Shown: positions 34,901 to 49,900, counted from the first letter of the stretch. The stretch: 64,000 nucleotides of DNA from Raillietiella orientalis (GCA_036172245.1 JAYWIR010000006.1:620001-684000); one strand, 5' to 3'. Made by a program: numbers and translations. Notes: generated by a model from the sequence alone, not told the origin.

Positions 34901-37900
34901 CTGAAGGGCGCACAACGCGGGGAAGCCCAGGACTCAGTGATTTGAGACTTACACCGTTATCTTACGGGTTGTGACGAAAATCCGTGCGAATGGAATGCAG
35001 GATTGTAGCAGCGGGAGAACGGTGACATTGGGACTGAGAGTCAGTGCTCTTGCCCCAAGTTAACTTTTGCCATTTTCGCGAGCGTCTTCGTGGTCAGAAT
35101 CCCCCATCCACGATGCGGGCGCAGGCGCGGCAGAAGGTGGCTGCAGTAACCAAGATGCGCACCGATTTGAACGGTTATCCCAATGATCGTTCCAGACAAC
35201 GGGATTCCGATCACTTGTTATCAGTATATAATACATTATCCTTTAATTAAGAACATAAAGATTAATTAATCTTCGAACTCACTGTCTGCTGCCGACTGTT
35301 CCATTTCCAGAAAATGCAAAGCATGCATTCCTGAAGAGCTACGAAACCTACGCAGGATTCGCACGAATTCTCTGCTGAGCGTGCAGGTTCGCTTCTTTTT
35401 CTTCTGGTTTCTTACCTTCTCGTTCGGTCCTCACCCGCCTCCCTGTTTTCTTCTGGAGAGGAAAAATCCCTGAATGGTTCCTGTTGCTTCCTTCCTTTGC
35501 ATTCGTCTGCATTCGCGTGATCACCCTGGCCTCGTCTTGTTGCTTGCACCAAGATGAGACAAGAGAGGAGCAGTGGTGATGTTGAGGATCACTCGCCTTT
35601 CCATCATCTGTTTTTATCTGCATCGTCTTTTCACCGTCTCTTTTTGTACGTCACCTTTTCGTTACATGCTCTCAGGCTTGGTGTGATAGCCGAAGCTCTG
35701 GACTTGCGGTCGCGCCTCTGCTCCTCAGCCCTCCGCCTGACGCCACCTAGAGGTGGCGCCTTTCTGATCTCGTTGCAGCGAAAACTGCCACCATGTTTTT
35801 TTTTCGTTTTTTTCATTTTAGGAAGGACGACCTTCCCTCCGTTAAGAGGAATTCCGATGAAAACGTGCTCCTCGCAACGTATCTCGATATCGCTGTGATC
35901 AGATGCCTGCACGTGTCTTTATGGACGGAGGACGGCGTGTTCTGGGCGTGCCAGTTCATGCTGAAGAGGTGAAACAGCCTCCTCTTTCCTGCTTGAATCC
36001 CGGAATGTCCACGCAGGTTCCTGGACATCCACCTTCACCTGTGTAAAAGAGACGCTCCTAAGAAGCGCAGCAGCTCGTTGCCAATACCGAAGATCCGGGT
36101 GTCGATGCATGTTGACGAAGACAAGGCGGAAGACGGATCTTTCCCTTTGGCTGAAGATAAAACGCGGCACCATTCGAGTCAGCAGCTGCCACAGTGCCTT
36201 CCGGATGCTTTACAGTGCGGGTTTTCAGCCAGCAACCTCTGCCATGAAGAGACCTTCCAGATGAAGGGGAGGAACAAGAAGTGGAAAAGCAAAATCGGCC
36301 TGAAAGCGTTGGTGGGGTTGAAGTCGCGCTCCAAGTCTGAGAAGCATCTGGAAAAACTAGCGGAAAACTGCCCTGACCTCTTGGAGGAAACGCCCTACAT
36401 AGACGAGGTAAGGGGATGCCTCGAAGCAAAGCAAAGACCCCTTGAACTTCCATTTTTCCCCACCGCTTAGGAAATCACGGATGAACAGAACATGCTGCTG
36501 AAGCTGCCTTTCAGCTCCGGGAGATGCATATTTTCTGGAGCGGAGAAGAAGGCGAAAGACTCCTTGGTTTCATCAGGTCGCCTTTGGAAAGGGAAAAGCA
36601 TGCCGTGCCTGAGGTCCCTTCCTTTGTCTTGCTTTTTGTCAATCCGAGCACGCTTGAGAGAACCGACCTCGGAATGAATGCCACGCGCCCTCCCCCTCGC
36701 TTCCTTCCCAGTTTTGAGACATCTCGCTCCACACAGTTCTGTTCTTCCTACCCACTGCTGCTCCCACCTTCCTGGGCGCTGGCAGCGCCTCGGCGCCCGA
36801 GAAGCACAGCTCTCGATTCGACATACCGCGGTTCTGGTCGCGTTCTGGTTCACATCCTTTTGAGTTCCTTCGACGAGTCCTTGCTGTCATGGCTGCCTCG
36901 AATTCCTCGCCCTCCTCCTTCGCTGCCTTGTCGGTGACAGATGCGAAAACTCCAGCCTGAATCTCTGATTCCCTCCTCTGTTAAAACAAATGTTCAGGAC
37001 TCATCTACAATGGCAATCACATCCACACCCACTGCCTTCAGTCACCTCATCTATTCCTCTCCAATCAAACATTAAAGATTACTTCTAATCCCGCAAAGAG
37101 ACCACTGAGGTCCTGCCTACCATGGCAACTGCATCAGTAAACCGGTGAAGTTCCCTCTTTAAGAATAGGGATTCCCTGTCTACTATCCCTATACACACAC
37201 GCTTTGTTTCCCATGCCTATCTGCGAGTGATCTTCGGTCTGTCACGCTTGGCAGCGGCCCGCGAGCAGAAGTCGCGTTAAGGCTGCCGCGGCATGAGCCC
37301 TGTGTAACCTCCGCCTTGGAAACCACCTCGCTCTCCTGGGGGCAAGGCCCATCCGTCGCGTAATGTGGCTGTTGAGCCCCGAGATATCCCAAGGAAGTTC
37401 GTGGAGCTTCCCGCCTTTCAAAGGAACCTTCCGTCCCGCGGAGTCCGACCCGAGTCGAGCGCAGGAGGCAGCGAACCGAGATGGCATTCGGGAAGATCGG
37501 GTGCAAAAGCACCCGGCTTCCGAGAAGAGACCATCTCGGCCTTCCCGCGCTGCGCCTTCCGTATTCTGGGGTGGAATACGAAAGTAACCACTGAGTTCCT
37601 TTCCCGTGAAACAACAAAACGCTCATAACAGTGAAAGCAGTAAAACGGTGCAGCATCCTCAGTGAGAACTCGCACTCCTCAACTTCTTGAAAAAGAAAGG
37701 TTCTTCGACGGTCTACGATAAGGACACTCTTTGAACTCCAACTGGCGATAGCGATCGCGACGCCAGCATTGCCACTGCTATAGCTATTGAGACGATGTTG
37801 GCAGCAAATCAAAATGCCAAGGAAAGCAACGTTTTTTTGTTTTTGTTTTTTCCTTCCAGGTTCCTGGGAGAGAATGATCACCCCCATCTGTCCCTCCATG

Positions 37901-40900
37901 TATCCCATCCAAGTGTTGTGTACCCAGTGATAAGGATTACCCAGCACCACACCCCCATCTCTTCGCCGACGGTGAAAAAAAAGGCAAGTTACGTGGTTGG
38001 TGAAGAGTTCGTTCGAAGCGAAGGAGACTCCGTGACCCCCAGTAAGGGGACGCGCGAGAACGAGTGTGACCACTTCTTGCAACGCTACATCCGAAACAGC
38101 TAGCGCACCAACACGAACCAACACAAAGTCCACTCAACCAGCTTAGTCTTGGGGATTGGCGCGCAGCTTCCATCTCGCGGGGAGTCATGGACCAAGAGCC
38201 GTGAATGCAAAGGACAAGCACCGATGCTGACAATAATTTTATTATCTCGATTGGGCATGAATAGCGAGCAAAGAAAGAAAATCAAAAATGACGTAAATTC
38301 AGGATCCGTGCTCTATCATGCAGTCACTCAAAATTCTTTGCTTCATGTTACGAGCAGGCCGCTTATTCTCGAAAGGAGGTCTGCCTGAGATCCCAGTCCT
38401 TCGACCGGAAGTGGTGGAGGGACGAAGGCAGACTTCTCTCTCCCTCTCTCTCTCTCGATGTTTCATCTGTTCAGTGCAGAAACAAGAAGACTCCTGGTTC
38501 TCGTGGATGTTTCAAAAATTCGCCTTTGGATAATCGCCAGTTCGATGATGAGCCCGCCGTCTCCAAGGGTAAGTGGTACCCAAGGTTTCGAACAGCCAGA
38601 GAAGTATCCGAGGCGTGTGTGACGATACGAAGAAATGCGGAGAAGAACTGTGTCGACTTGTTTTTCCCTCTTCGAGAAGCAGGAATCTCTTCATGTCAAT
38701 AAGTCGGCCTGAAGTAGATCTTTCGGACACCGGAAAATATGTCTTCCTTCCTTGTTTAATCATGAAAGGAGAACGGATTTCATCCTCGGATTACGGATTC
38801 TTTCTTTCACGCTCAGACGTTCTTCAGAAGGTTCCCGGACTCCGACTGAAAAAATCCTCGGTAAAGATTCTTGAAAACGAAGCTGCAGTGGCAAGAAGGG
38901 AGGATTGAAAGATTGTCATCTTTCCCACTGAGGACAATCATCTGTTGTTAGTAGCATGTGGCTTTTGAGACGAAATTGCGTGGAACACTCGGAGACAGTG
39001 TGCCACTACGTGTCTCTTTGTGCGACGACCTGGTCCAAGAACGAGTATCTTTATGAGGAAAATCTAAGCGGAAAATCTCCCAAGGCATCGACGACAGAGG
39101 GTTCGGGAAACGATCCAGGAAAAGTATGAATGGAAAATGATCTCTGACGTGCGAAGGACCATCGAAAGTCCTTCAAGTGCTAATTTTTGGTCATGACCTC
39201 ATGTCTTGACTCTGAGCAGAACACGCCCGAAGCACCAGTCGAGGAGGCAGTCCACGGCTTTCGCCTCCATTGGGCAATGGAGGAGCAGCAGCAGATATTT
39301 GCGAGTGCGGAGCAAAGATGGGAGGCTGTATATCTGTATCTCAAAGGATCCGCGCAAACATCCGGGACAGTGAGATGCATCGGATGTACGGAAGCGATTG
39401 GATTCTGTACAGAGTATGCATCCTCGAATCCGAAAAATCGCAGCAGAAGCATGAAAGCATCTTTGCGTTTTTCTACATAGCATGATGTCCCATCTCCGTT
39501 TCGGAAGCTGCCGGATCTCGTCCTTGTGACACTGCGAATGCTGATTCACATCTCAAAATGGGATTGACTCTCATGATCCAATTTGATCCTTGCAAGCACC
39601 TTCTGTTGCCGATGCCTTCATCGTTCTGATGGTGAAGTGCCCGAGACGGAATAACGGTGCTGCATAGAATATCCCTGTCTTCTCTCAGTGGACGTTTCCC
39701 AGCTCTCAAAGACACATTTCTGCTGATGCGCAAGAGCATCCCATCTCCCTAACTTTACCTTCCCTCCATCGGGCCGGTGCTGATGAAAATCCCGAACGCC
39801 GAATCTGGGACGATCAGAATCCCGAAAGATCTTGAAAATGAATGCTTATTATATACACAATATGTAAATTTGTATATAGATTAACACATATCATAAAGAT
39901 TCTAATGTATATATATATATGTATGCCTATTATGCATATTGATATATGTATGTATGTATAGATTAATATGCAGCTTTATTTTAACATGCATATCTATTTA
40001 TATAATTAATAGCATGTGTTAATATGTGTCTTAAAGATTCTAAAAAATGAATATATATGTTTATTATACATATATATTAACACTATAATAAACATATGCA
40101 TAATTAATAAATTCCACGTTAGCATATATAATGAACATATGTATAATAAACGTGGTATTTATTTTTAAGATCATTGGGTATCTTGATCGTTCGGGATTTC
40201 GTTCGGGATAGCCCAGCCCCCGTAAGATGCTTTGGCACTATCCAAATGATGGAATGCTCAAGGATCACTTATGTAAAACTGACGTGGATAACTTGAGGGG
40301 GAAAGGAAAAGAATTGACCTCAGTTACTGTGAGGATCGTGGGTGGACGGAATGCACTCTTAGCTCCAGGCTCCACAACTGCAACTTCAGGAAGCAGTGCC
40401 GCAAACGGAGCTCCATGAAGAGATTCAGCATGCTGGGGAATCTATGTTGCCATGTGAACCACTGATCTGCGGGCTGGAGGGCTATTCCTGGATACCTTGG
40501 ACGTAGTCACATACTAAATCACCCCCAACCTCCCCAAAACGGAGACACTGAATGATATTCTTGTGGGAAAAGAACCTCGCTCGACCACGGATCCGAGACC
40601 CACAAGGACGAAGATGAACCCAAGGATGATCTTCGAGAAGGGACATTCGAATCTTCAATGTCACAGAAATCGAGAGTAATTTTGCGAATCAGCGCATTCT
40701 TTCGGAACCAAGGAAGCCGAGATCGCCTGAGGCAGAGGGTGTGGGCTCTCGGATATCTTGCCGAAATCCAAAGTCTCCATCGGAAGGACCGGCAGAACCG
40801 ACTTTATGCTGAACCGTACGTGGTGTGCGGATGGAGAGCCGCGTTCTGTTCCAGAAAAACTCGTACGGGTTCGGGATTCGCTTCCCGGCAGCATTCGCGG

Positions 40901-43900
40901 TCCGGGACCATCAAGGCGAGGGGCATGGCGAAATGAGTGAACACCCGCGTGGCATCCGCAGCGATGACCGATAAGCCTCGGAGACCCTTCGCACGTAAAG
41001 AAACGTACGCCGTGCGTCCGCGTTGGCAGTCACGCGCAGCACCGAGCGTTGCGGGTTCGAATCCCACCTGGAGAAGGATCGACTCCGAGAAATGAGGAGT
41101 GCGTCGTGGTTTCGATTCCTCCCCCCCGCAGGTTGACGATGGTTGACCCACGGGATTCGGGTGAGACACTGATGGAAGCGGAACCCCCGGATGCCCCCGT
41201 TGACTGACCGGGATTGGAAGTTGGTCTTCCGGGTCCTTCCAGGAATCAAGGAATCGTTTCCCTTTGGGTTCCCCTCGGGTCGTGAAAACGGATCCATCTT
41301 CATCACCCTGGGGAACCCTCCATCGCGTTCCATGGAGCTGGTCGATGCCTCCCCTCGGAAGGTTGCCTCTCCAGAGTATAAGAAACGCGCTGCTCCCTTC
41401 GAGGAAGCCCCCTTCAGAGAAACCTGGGAAGCGTCCCTTCGGGGCTCCCTCCAGAGGAGGAAACTAGGAGCGGTTCCCTTGAGGGTGCCCTCCGGAGAGA
41501 ACAAGGAAGGTAGTTCCCTTTGGGATCCCTCCCAAGCGTAAGAGGAAGGGATTCCTTCCACCGGAGCCTTCTTGGACTCATAGGGTGGTCCCTACGGGTT
41601 TCCTCCCCATAACCTCGTCCTCAAGCGGCGTGAACGGTGTCAGAGAGCTTCGTGATCCCCTAGGCGAACGGTTCTCGAGTACTGAGAGATCTAAGGGGAA
41701 AAAAAAAGGAAGCTGCAAGGAAAACGGCGAAAGAAGAGAACCTAAGAAAATTTCCATCACGATCGATGTTAGACGGTAAAAACGAGAACACGCGCGCGAG
41801 CACGCAACGCACGCACACGCGCTGTGTCCTGCCTTCCTGTTTGTCTTCCCCTCCTGCCGAAACCTTCCGAAAACTGGAAACCGTGGCTGCCGTGACCCGC
41901 TGTCTTTAGGGATTAAGAAGAATCAGAGTATAAGAAAGGTCCCATCTCCCTGACTTTACCTTCGGGATTAAGAAGAACCGGTTGCGCGCGGGATCGACTC
42001 GAACTTCCTCCTGACCTCTGCGCTTTGGGAGGCGGGGTGTGAGGGACGGTCGCGAGTTCGAGAGCGGCATCTCTTCCGAACCGTTCCTGCCTTTCCGATC
42101 CGGATGTTCGGCTCGGAGAAGCGGGAGACATCTCGAGAATTGTCTCTTCAAGAAATTTCTCCGTGTTCCTCAATGGACCGCTCTTTATTTCATGGGGATC
42201 GCAGAAATGCATGAGCTTCGATGCAGCTGAGAAAGTGACCGGTTCGAAACCTGCCCCCTTCCTGAGGTCCATGACGGATACCAACATCTCGTACTCCTCC
42301 ACGTACTCGAATCAACCCATCGAAGCGAAGTTCTTCGTGGACGACGAGGGCCGCTTGAAGGTGAAAGCAGTCGCGTGGGTGAGTGCCGGAAGCCCTTCGA
42401 GATCCCCCCTCCCGATCCACGCAAGGGGAGTAGGTGGTCTACCTGGTGATCAGGAATGGTGTGCACTGCACGAATCGTGTTTGTGAAACTCTGCTGAACC
42501 TTTTGGAGGTCCTTTTAGAGTTAACAGAGGACGAAGCATTTTCCGGCGACGACCGCGATGAGAGCTTTGGATTCCGAGACGAATCCTATTGGTTCCTGGA
42601 CTCGGTGGTTCGGTGGGTCAGACCACGCGGCTAAACATCAATGGCTTCCGTTGCAATACCAGAATATTTCTTTACACTGGATGCGGCGTATGCGGAGAAA
42701 AATCGCTGATCACGGATTCCCTTCGATACCGTGGGCAGAGCTTGCTGCTAAAGTTACGAGAACGAGACGACAACCTCTTCGGGCAGTATTTCAGGGACAT
42801 GATGCAGGAGTGGTCGCTGGAAGACAAGCTGAAGTTCTTCCACTCCTTCCTGTGCTACTGCTGCGAACCTTCGCTGCTGCCTTCTTCGCACGGTAAGTCC
42901 CGTTCCTTCCTCTGCCCTCCAGGCTCTCCTATGAGCGGGAATCGAAAGGTCGGTTTTGGACGTTGAGATTCCGGGGCTAAATGACCGCCTCGAAAGGCGA
43001 CCTCCACTCTGTGCTCTTCTTGGAGAGTGGGATGGAAGGGAATTTTCTTCGTCATGCCTAACAAGTATCGGCTCGCCCCGAACGATCAAAATCTCGAAAG
43101 AGTATAAACATAAATACAGCTTTATATATGTTGTATATTTATATAGATCAGTATACAGAGTAATATATATTACACATTATAAAAAGTAAATATATGCGTT
43201 TATTATGTACATTAATATGTATATTTATATATGGATTTATATAGAAATTTATTTTAACATGCATAGTAATATAATTAATTTTATGTACTAATATATATTG
43301 CTAATATATTTAATACTACTTGTGCTTATTATGTAAGCATACACAATAATGATATATGTATATATATACATCAATGTGCATCATAAGCATATATATTTGT
43401 TTTTCATAATGTTTATGATATATGTTTACGAACAGATTAACAAGTATCATAAATTATCATATATCATAATCTATACGTAAATATATATACATATATATAT
43501 ATATATGTATATTAATATACATGTGTATTTATTGTTAAGATCCTTTGGGTTTTCGATCGTGAGGGGCTTTGAGCCAAACCCCCTTGAAGACTATTTTGAG
43601 CCCTCGTTTGACGTTGACCGGAAGAGGCAGATAAAGTGAGGAAGAATGATCGTGCCTCAACATCCATATCTTACTAGCAATAGCCGCAGCGTGCTACTCC
43701 TGTCGGTCACACCCTTCGGGCATGCCAAAGCATGAGAACCTGCAAGAGATTTCTTTGAAAGCAAAATGCTTGCCAGAAAAGGTCAACCGCAGGAAGGAAA
43801 GACGAGGTCCATCAAGCTGGTTTCAGTTTAGAAAAACCTAGCAAGGTCGCCTGCCGCGAATCTTGCAACCGGTGTGGAGGCCAGGAAAGCAAGAAAGGGG

Positions 43901-46900
43901 GTTTTCCGAAGAGGAAATTCGTCCCTTCGTGGACGGATTTACTGGGAACAGGCGCAGGGGTCTCTACCGTTCCGACACTGAAGGAGGAATTCCTGGAGCA
44001 GAAGCATTTTGGTAAACAACGAATGAGGCAGCACCTTTGGAAATGAACTTGACTCCTGGAGTGCGATGTGCGATGGCCTGACTTTTTTCTTCTGGGTGCT
44101 GCTGCTCATCGCTACTGAGGCGCAGGAACTCACTGGGCGCACCCTGGGAGGATGGTAGGTAAAAGGCTTCTTGAGAACACTTGAGGTGGTTCCACCAAAA
44201 TGAGTCTCTGAAAAGCGGGTTCGGCCAAACAGGTGGACTCCAGACGGTGGATGCGGGCTCGCAAATCATCTTGGGAAGGGTGACCGTGGAGGGTGAATTT
44301 CGCTTAGGAAGACGGCCGCTCTGTCACCGGCAAGCACCGAGACGAACCTTTCAAGAAGTCCTGGACCTTTCTGGAAGCGTGGAGCTGGACGCTCTCTGTC
44401 GGAGGGAAGCGAAAGACGAGAAGGCTCGAAGACTTGCTACGCGAAACACCGGCCGATGGGCTGGGGAGACGCTGAGGCGCGGATCGTTTCGATCTGAGGA
44501 GAATTCCGGTGCTTCCGTCGTAAAGAGAGGAGGCTGCTCGGCGATTCAGAGGGGGGAGAGAATTCCGATGGAGCAGGTCAAGCTCCAGCGTTGCGCTTCC
44601 CCGGGGAAAAGCCGACCCGACACTCGGGAAGGAGGAAGCGAAGGACGCGAGGGCTACCCTGACGACGCTCTCGAAGCATAAGCAGGGGGGGCTGAGCGTG
44701 TGGGAAGCGCCTGCTCTTCGAAGCGAGTCACCTGATCCATTGAGAAGGAGCGAGGTCACAGGTCGGGTATTTCCTTCGCCTAAAGGGAAACTTTGAGAAC
44801 AGAAACAGGACGCTTGCACCCCCTGTCCAGGAAAGACAGGCTGGAGAAAAAACGCGAACTTCTCGACATTTTGAGATCCGAGAACTGAAGCTTCCGATTC
44901 GGTTGGCTCGATCTGCCCACCAGTGGCCTCCCCTGTATTCCGGGATGAGCCGATGAACCTGTCCACTCAGGCGGACCGATTAGGAATTGTTCTCTTCCGA
45001 CTGAGTTCCTCTTTTCGGTTCCCATTTGCACGACTCTTCCCACCGTGCCACGTCGGAATTCCCTGATATTTCGATTGGCCGGCCGAACACGTGATCCACA
45101 TGGGGACGTTTCACCTGAAGATGGCTTTGTCCGAGGAACGATGCTTATCTCTTGACCGTTTCTCCAAAGCGTCTCCTTTTTCGTTCCAAGAGCCACAACT
45201 CAAGTGCATCACCCGGAGAAGAAGGCCAAACGCCCCTCCCCGTTGCTCAGAGAGGAGCCCAAGGCAGCTAGAGAAGCTTTCTGATCTTTGACAGAACCAG
45301 TCTCTGGAGACTGAAAGCTCTTATCAAGAAAGGAACGATGCTGACAAAGAAATGAACTCTTCCCTCGGGCAGTGCCATAATTCGAAAGGTGAGCGTTGAG
45401 CTGAACCAGTACGGTGGTGGCGTGGGAGGGGGGAAATCTTTCGCGCTGACTGTGTCCTTCACACAGAACAAGCGCCAAGAATATCACACGGACGGTGGCT
45501 GCCTCCGTCGTGCCAATCGCTCTGGGAAAATGGCGGGCTGCTTGTAACCAGGATGGCGGAGTCGAAATGCATTCGCAACCGAAGCGGCGTTCCCCTTGGG
45601 AAGAGCAAAGAGAGGAAGAGGAGAAGGACTGCAGAAAGAAGGCCGAGCTCCAACGTCAGCTTAACCGAGGACGAGCCTTTGAGCACACGAAGCAAATGGA
45701 AACCTTATGCCATGTGGGACGACGAGCGTGAGCGAAGCGGTGGACTCTCATCGTGCATTGGCCGACTCGGACTGCCGGTGGCCTCTTAGCATCGGAAACT
45801 GCGGTCACTTCCAGGGCTTCTTGAGAAGTGGAAGACTCCTCTTCCCTCGCATGAAAACGCACCTTTTCTAATCATGATGGTCATTTCTAGAAAAATCTGC
45901 GGGAGGGGGGGCTGGGATTCTTCCGCAGTCTCGAGAAACTTCCTCGAATCCCTCCTCCGGTTTCAGGGATTCGGACGCCAATAAGTGTCCCAGTTGTGGC
46001 CACGGTTTCAAGGAACAGTTGACGATGGAATCCCTGCTTTGCATGGAGGAAAGAACATTCCTCGAGCAGCTTTCCTGACCCTTAAGATCTCTACTATTAG
46101 TCATCATGGGCACAACTCCTGAGCCTCCAGATTGAGGTTCAAAAAGGACTGTCCCTTCTCTTCCGCGAAATTTGGTTTTTATCCCTGAGAACTAGTCCCT
46201 GCCGTCCGTTCTTGTATTGCTCTAATAGACTGGGACGCTGTCGCTGCACGGCTCGCCCATCCCCCATTCCACTAGCCAAGCAGAAGAAGGACCGCTCGTT
46301 CGTCTTCCTGGTTTGAGGCAGATCTCACCGTCCCTCAGCATCAAATCAATAAGAAACGGTCTGGGAAGTCCAGGGTGGGAGTGGGATGGCGATGAGACGA
46401 ACTGAGAATCCCTTCCCCGACTTGACTCGGAGAGACTCCTGGAGACAGATTCGCAGCGTGCCGTCACCTTGGCAAAGGATGACTGGCCATCCCTCTCCTG
46501 CGAACCGTCTCTATGGAACCGTGTCCTCAAGACCAGAAGTGCGCTATTCCCAAACCCTGCCTGCTTTCCCCTCCGTTTCGCCTCCGCCTCCGCTTCCTCC
46601 TTCGCCTCTCTCATCTCGGTACTCTCTCAGGTTATGCAAACAGCTTCGGGGAGGCCTGCGGATCCAGGAGCAAATCCATCGAGAGCAGCGTCATCGACGC
46701 CACTTTCAAGCACTTCGTGCACGTTCTGGCCTGCTTCGGAAGACAGCCGAAGTCCACCGAGAGCCGGGTGAGGATGAGAGTCCACTTTTCCTGAATGCCC
46801 CAAGGAGCAGTTGGCCCCGCGTCCTCTTTCCCCACGGCGCGAGAAAGCACCGTCCCACGACACCGTCCTTCCAGTCTCCCGGTGCCAAAAAAGGAAAACA

Positions 46901-49900
46901 GTGGAGAACGAACCGATCCTACCCCTCATGTGCCAGGTTCGTGCAGCCCCGAACGGTCGTTACGAGTGCTGGAAATGCGACCTTCTCCCGAGGGCTGATG
47001 GCGGGCTAGGAAGACGCAACCACGAATGCCCAATCCTTCCTTCCCATTCATAATCCCATCCTGTCGGCATACCCCAGAATGGTTATCCACCACCATCCGC
47101 TCAAGCGGATGGATACTCGCCGATCGTTCTTTTAATGACGCACTTATTCGCTGGCGCGCTTTCGAAAATGCCACTTAATACCCGGTTTCTCCGTAGGATG
47201 TCTCCACTGAAGTCCGCCTCTTCATCCACCACGTCAAGCAATCGTGCGAAGGCATCTTCCGGAGGACTATGCTGTGTGGACTGATTGACACGATAAACAA
47301 GCCGGCGGACGAGCAAGAGGAGGAAGTGCAAAAGAGGTAACCCCGATCGATGAGTTTAGGAAGAAAAAAAGGGAGAGAGAGATGCTCTGCATGCATTCTA
47401 ATCTGCATCATTGATACCAGCACGCTTTCGAGAATCGATGAAGAGTTGCTTCTCCCTAGGAATAACAAAGCAGAGGATTTGGAAACCAAGGCGACACCCC
47501 TACACAGCAAGCAGTTGTCCATTAGGAAACCATTCTTTAGGAAGCGGTTGATGTTTCCTCCACTGATCAAGAACTCGTCTAGCATCCAGGTATGTAAGCG
47601 GGATGCCAGCCGATCTTTTTCCTGTTGGCACTGATGGCATTTAAGAACATTCTCGAGCATGAGGAATACGACAGGAAGAAAACGAGCCTGGATAAAAACG
47701 GGAAATCGAGAAGTAGGTCGCTGATTAAAAAATTCGGGACTCACGCATAGCCCATCGAATGAAGAACTGTGGAACAAAAGGGACTCCAATCGTAGAGAGC
47801 CCCTTGACAGTTTCAACGACAACATTTACGGGTTCCACGCCAGGAATCCCGGAGGAAACCTGCCCTTCCCCAAACCGGCGTCTCAAGTCAGCCAGACCTT
47901 ACAAAAGGCCAGAAGGAAAGTCGAAGACTCGTTCAATAAGCTTGGCTTCTCTTATGCAAGGCGCAGAGAAGTCCCCGTCAGCGACACTCCAGGTGAAACT
48001 TCCATTTTCCTCCCTTTCGAGCGGCAGCAGTCCTCACACCGAATAAGAGTGGAAATCTCGCGCAAACTCTTCTTGCCTGGAAACATACGTCCTGCCTCGC
48101 AACCCCTCCGTTACTTTTTGCACAAACCGGTTTCAACTTCCTGCTCCCTTTCACCGTCAAGGCGGCAACCACCTCTATCCTTCGCGCGAAAGTGGACCAG
48201 CGAGCTCTATTGGGGCACACTCGCGAACGCGGTTCGCTCACTGACGATTGTGGCGAGGATGTCCACGCAGCACACTCTCCCCAGCGGTTTTGCTGCCCAT
48301 CGAAACAGGGGAACCCTGTGAGGCGGGTCCTTCTACACCTGGGGAGGTGCCACGGAACGGCGATTGAACTTCCCCCTCTGCTCCCGAAAGGCCCGCCAGT
48401 CGTTCCGCATGCAAAGAACCGACAACAAGCGCAGGGGAAGAGGACGTTGTCGGTCTGTTCTTGCCCGTCGTCTTCCCCGAAGGGTGAGGGCACTTCCTGA
48501 CTCTTTCTCAAACTCTCCGCGAGGACTGTTCGATTCCAAGCGAGCCGACTCGGATTGGGAAGAGTTTGAGGCTCCCTGACTCGTATGATCACCGCAGGAG
48601 CGATCTGAATGCGATCCGAGCGGCACCCATCCAGATTTACTCCCCTTCATTCAACTCCTCTTTTTCTTGGGACGAGTTTCAGCAGATCGTAGCAGGCGCC
48701 AATCCCTTTGTGAAGAAGCCTACGACCAGGAATCCGTCAGCTTGGCTCAATGCAGCAAGCAGAAGCGTCTCGTGGACACGCACTTGCTTGGCGACGGAAT
48801 GCTGTGCTTCTGTTATCTCATGGAGAACTGCCCTCCGGGATCGATACCAGACGCTCAGCTCGTGGCGGCTTCGCTCAATCTGGTGACAGATCGCTCTGAA
48901 GAAGACGCGAGCAGCACCGTTTGCTTTGCAGCCCTTTACACCCGTTCTATCCAGAGCCCTCTTCCTTCTGCAGATGGCGCAGTTCGTCCACAGGTGCAAC
49001 AGGAACCTGTGGCCCAAATGGGTCAAAGAAGGGGCTTCTGCTTACCGTTCCTCCGTCTCGCATTCCCTCCGGAGCAGCACTTCCGGATTTCGCCGCCAGA
49101 TAGCATTTCAAAAGTCTGCCGGGAAGTCCTTCTTCCAGTGGGCAGAGGTTCGTGACATCTAACCCCCCCCAACGGAGGCCCCTGACATTTGCATCCTCAG
49201 ATGCTTTCTGCACACATGGAGCACATACTGACCAACGAGAAGCAGTGGCTCAGGGAAGCCATCAAGGATGGAGAGAACACGAGGAGGTTTCGAGAGGAAG
49301 AGGAAAACGAAAATTACTTGGACGACGGTAACGATCGGGTAGCATCTGGCAGTGTAGCAAGACTCGATCCTGGTCACCAGAGAGTGTCAACAGGAAGGAG
49401 TACGGGTTCCCATTCAGCCTCCTGGTAATTGCGACCATGGTGCTGCTGGAGATAACGGCATTCTTGAGGGAGACCTATCTGTACCTTCCCAAAACATCCA
49501 TTGCAGCCGGAGGGTAAAAGAATCTTGCTTCCGTAACCTCGTCACCCCTGATGCTCCAGGGATAATCGCTTAGCAAAAGAGAGGATCAGCATCTGGAGCA
49601 ACGCTGCACGCGGCGCGGAGCGGAGGTGGAGCACTGCCCTGTCCTGCACGGGATTCTCCCAGACCTCTGCCCTGAGTCTCATCTCCATCTCAGGAGAAGC
49701 GCAGGCTCCCGGTGAGATTCTCAATTGTTTCTGTGGCTCAGGTAACAAACTCTGCCTAAGAAGAAGCGGGGGAGAGGAAAATCAGCTTCGCGCTATTGGA
49801 GCCAGACCCGGATTCCGGAAACAGCAGCAACTTGACGGTAAGAGAAAACCAGTCTCAATCTTCCTCTCTCCTTCCGTCCTCCTCTCTTTCTCCCTTCCTC

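Noticed and set aside
37189..38133. 314-aa minus-strand ORF
   Set aside because: Antisense to a probable unc-80 exon (~37860-37970, PVIRITQHHTP) and crosses an intronic poly-T tract; no domain recognised.
42238..42256. B-box-like GGTTCGAAACC
   Set aside because: Lies within an unc-80 coding exon (TGSKP) with no cloverleaf; coincidental.
43700..44970. Possible KDZ/CxC-type transposase remnant (CEPASTVWSPPVWPNP...)
   Set aside because: Only a vague resemblance, and no catalytic motif was found.
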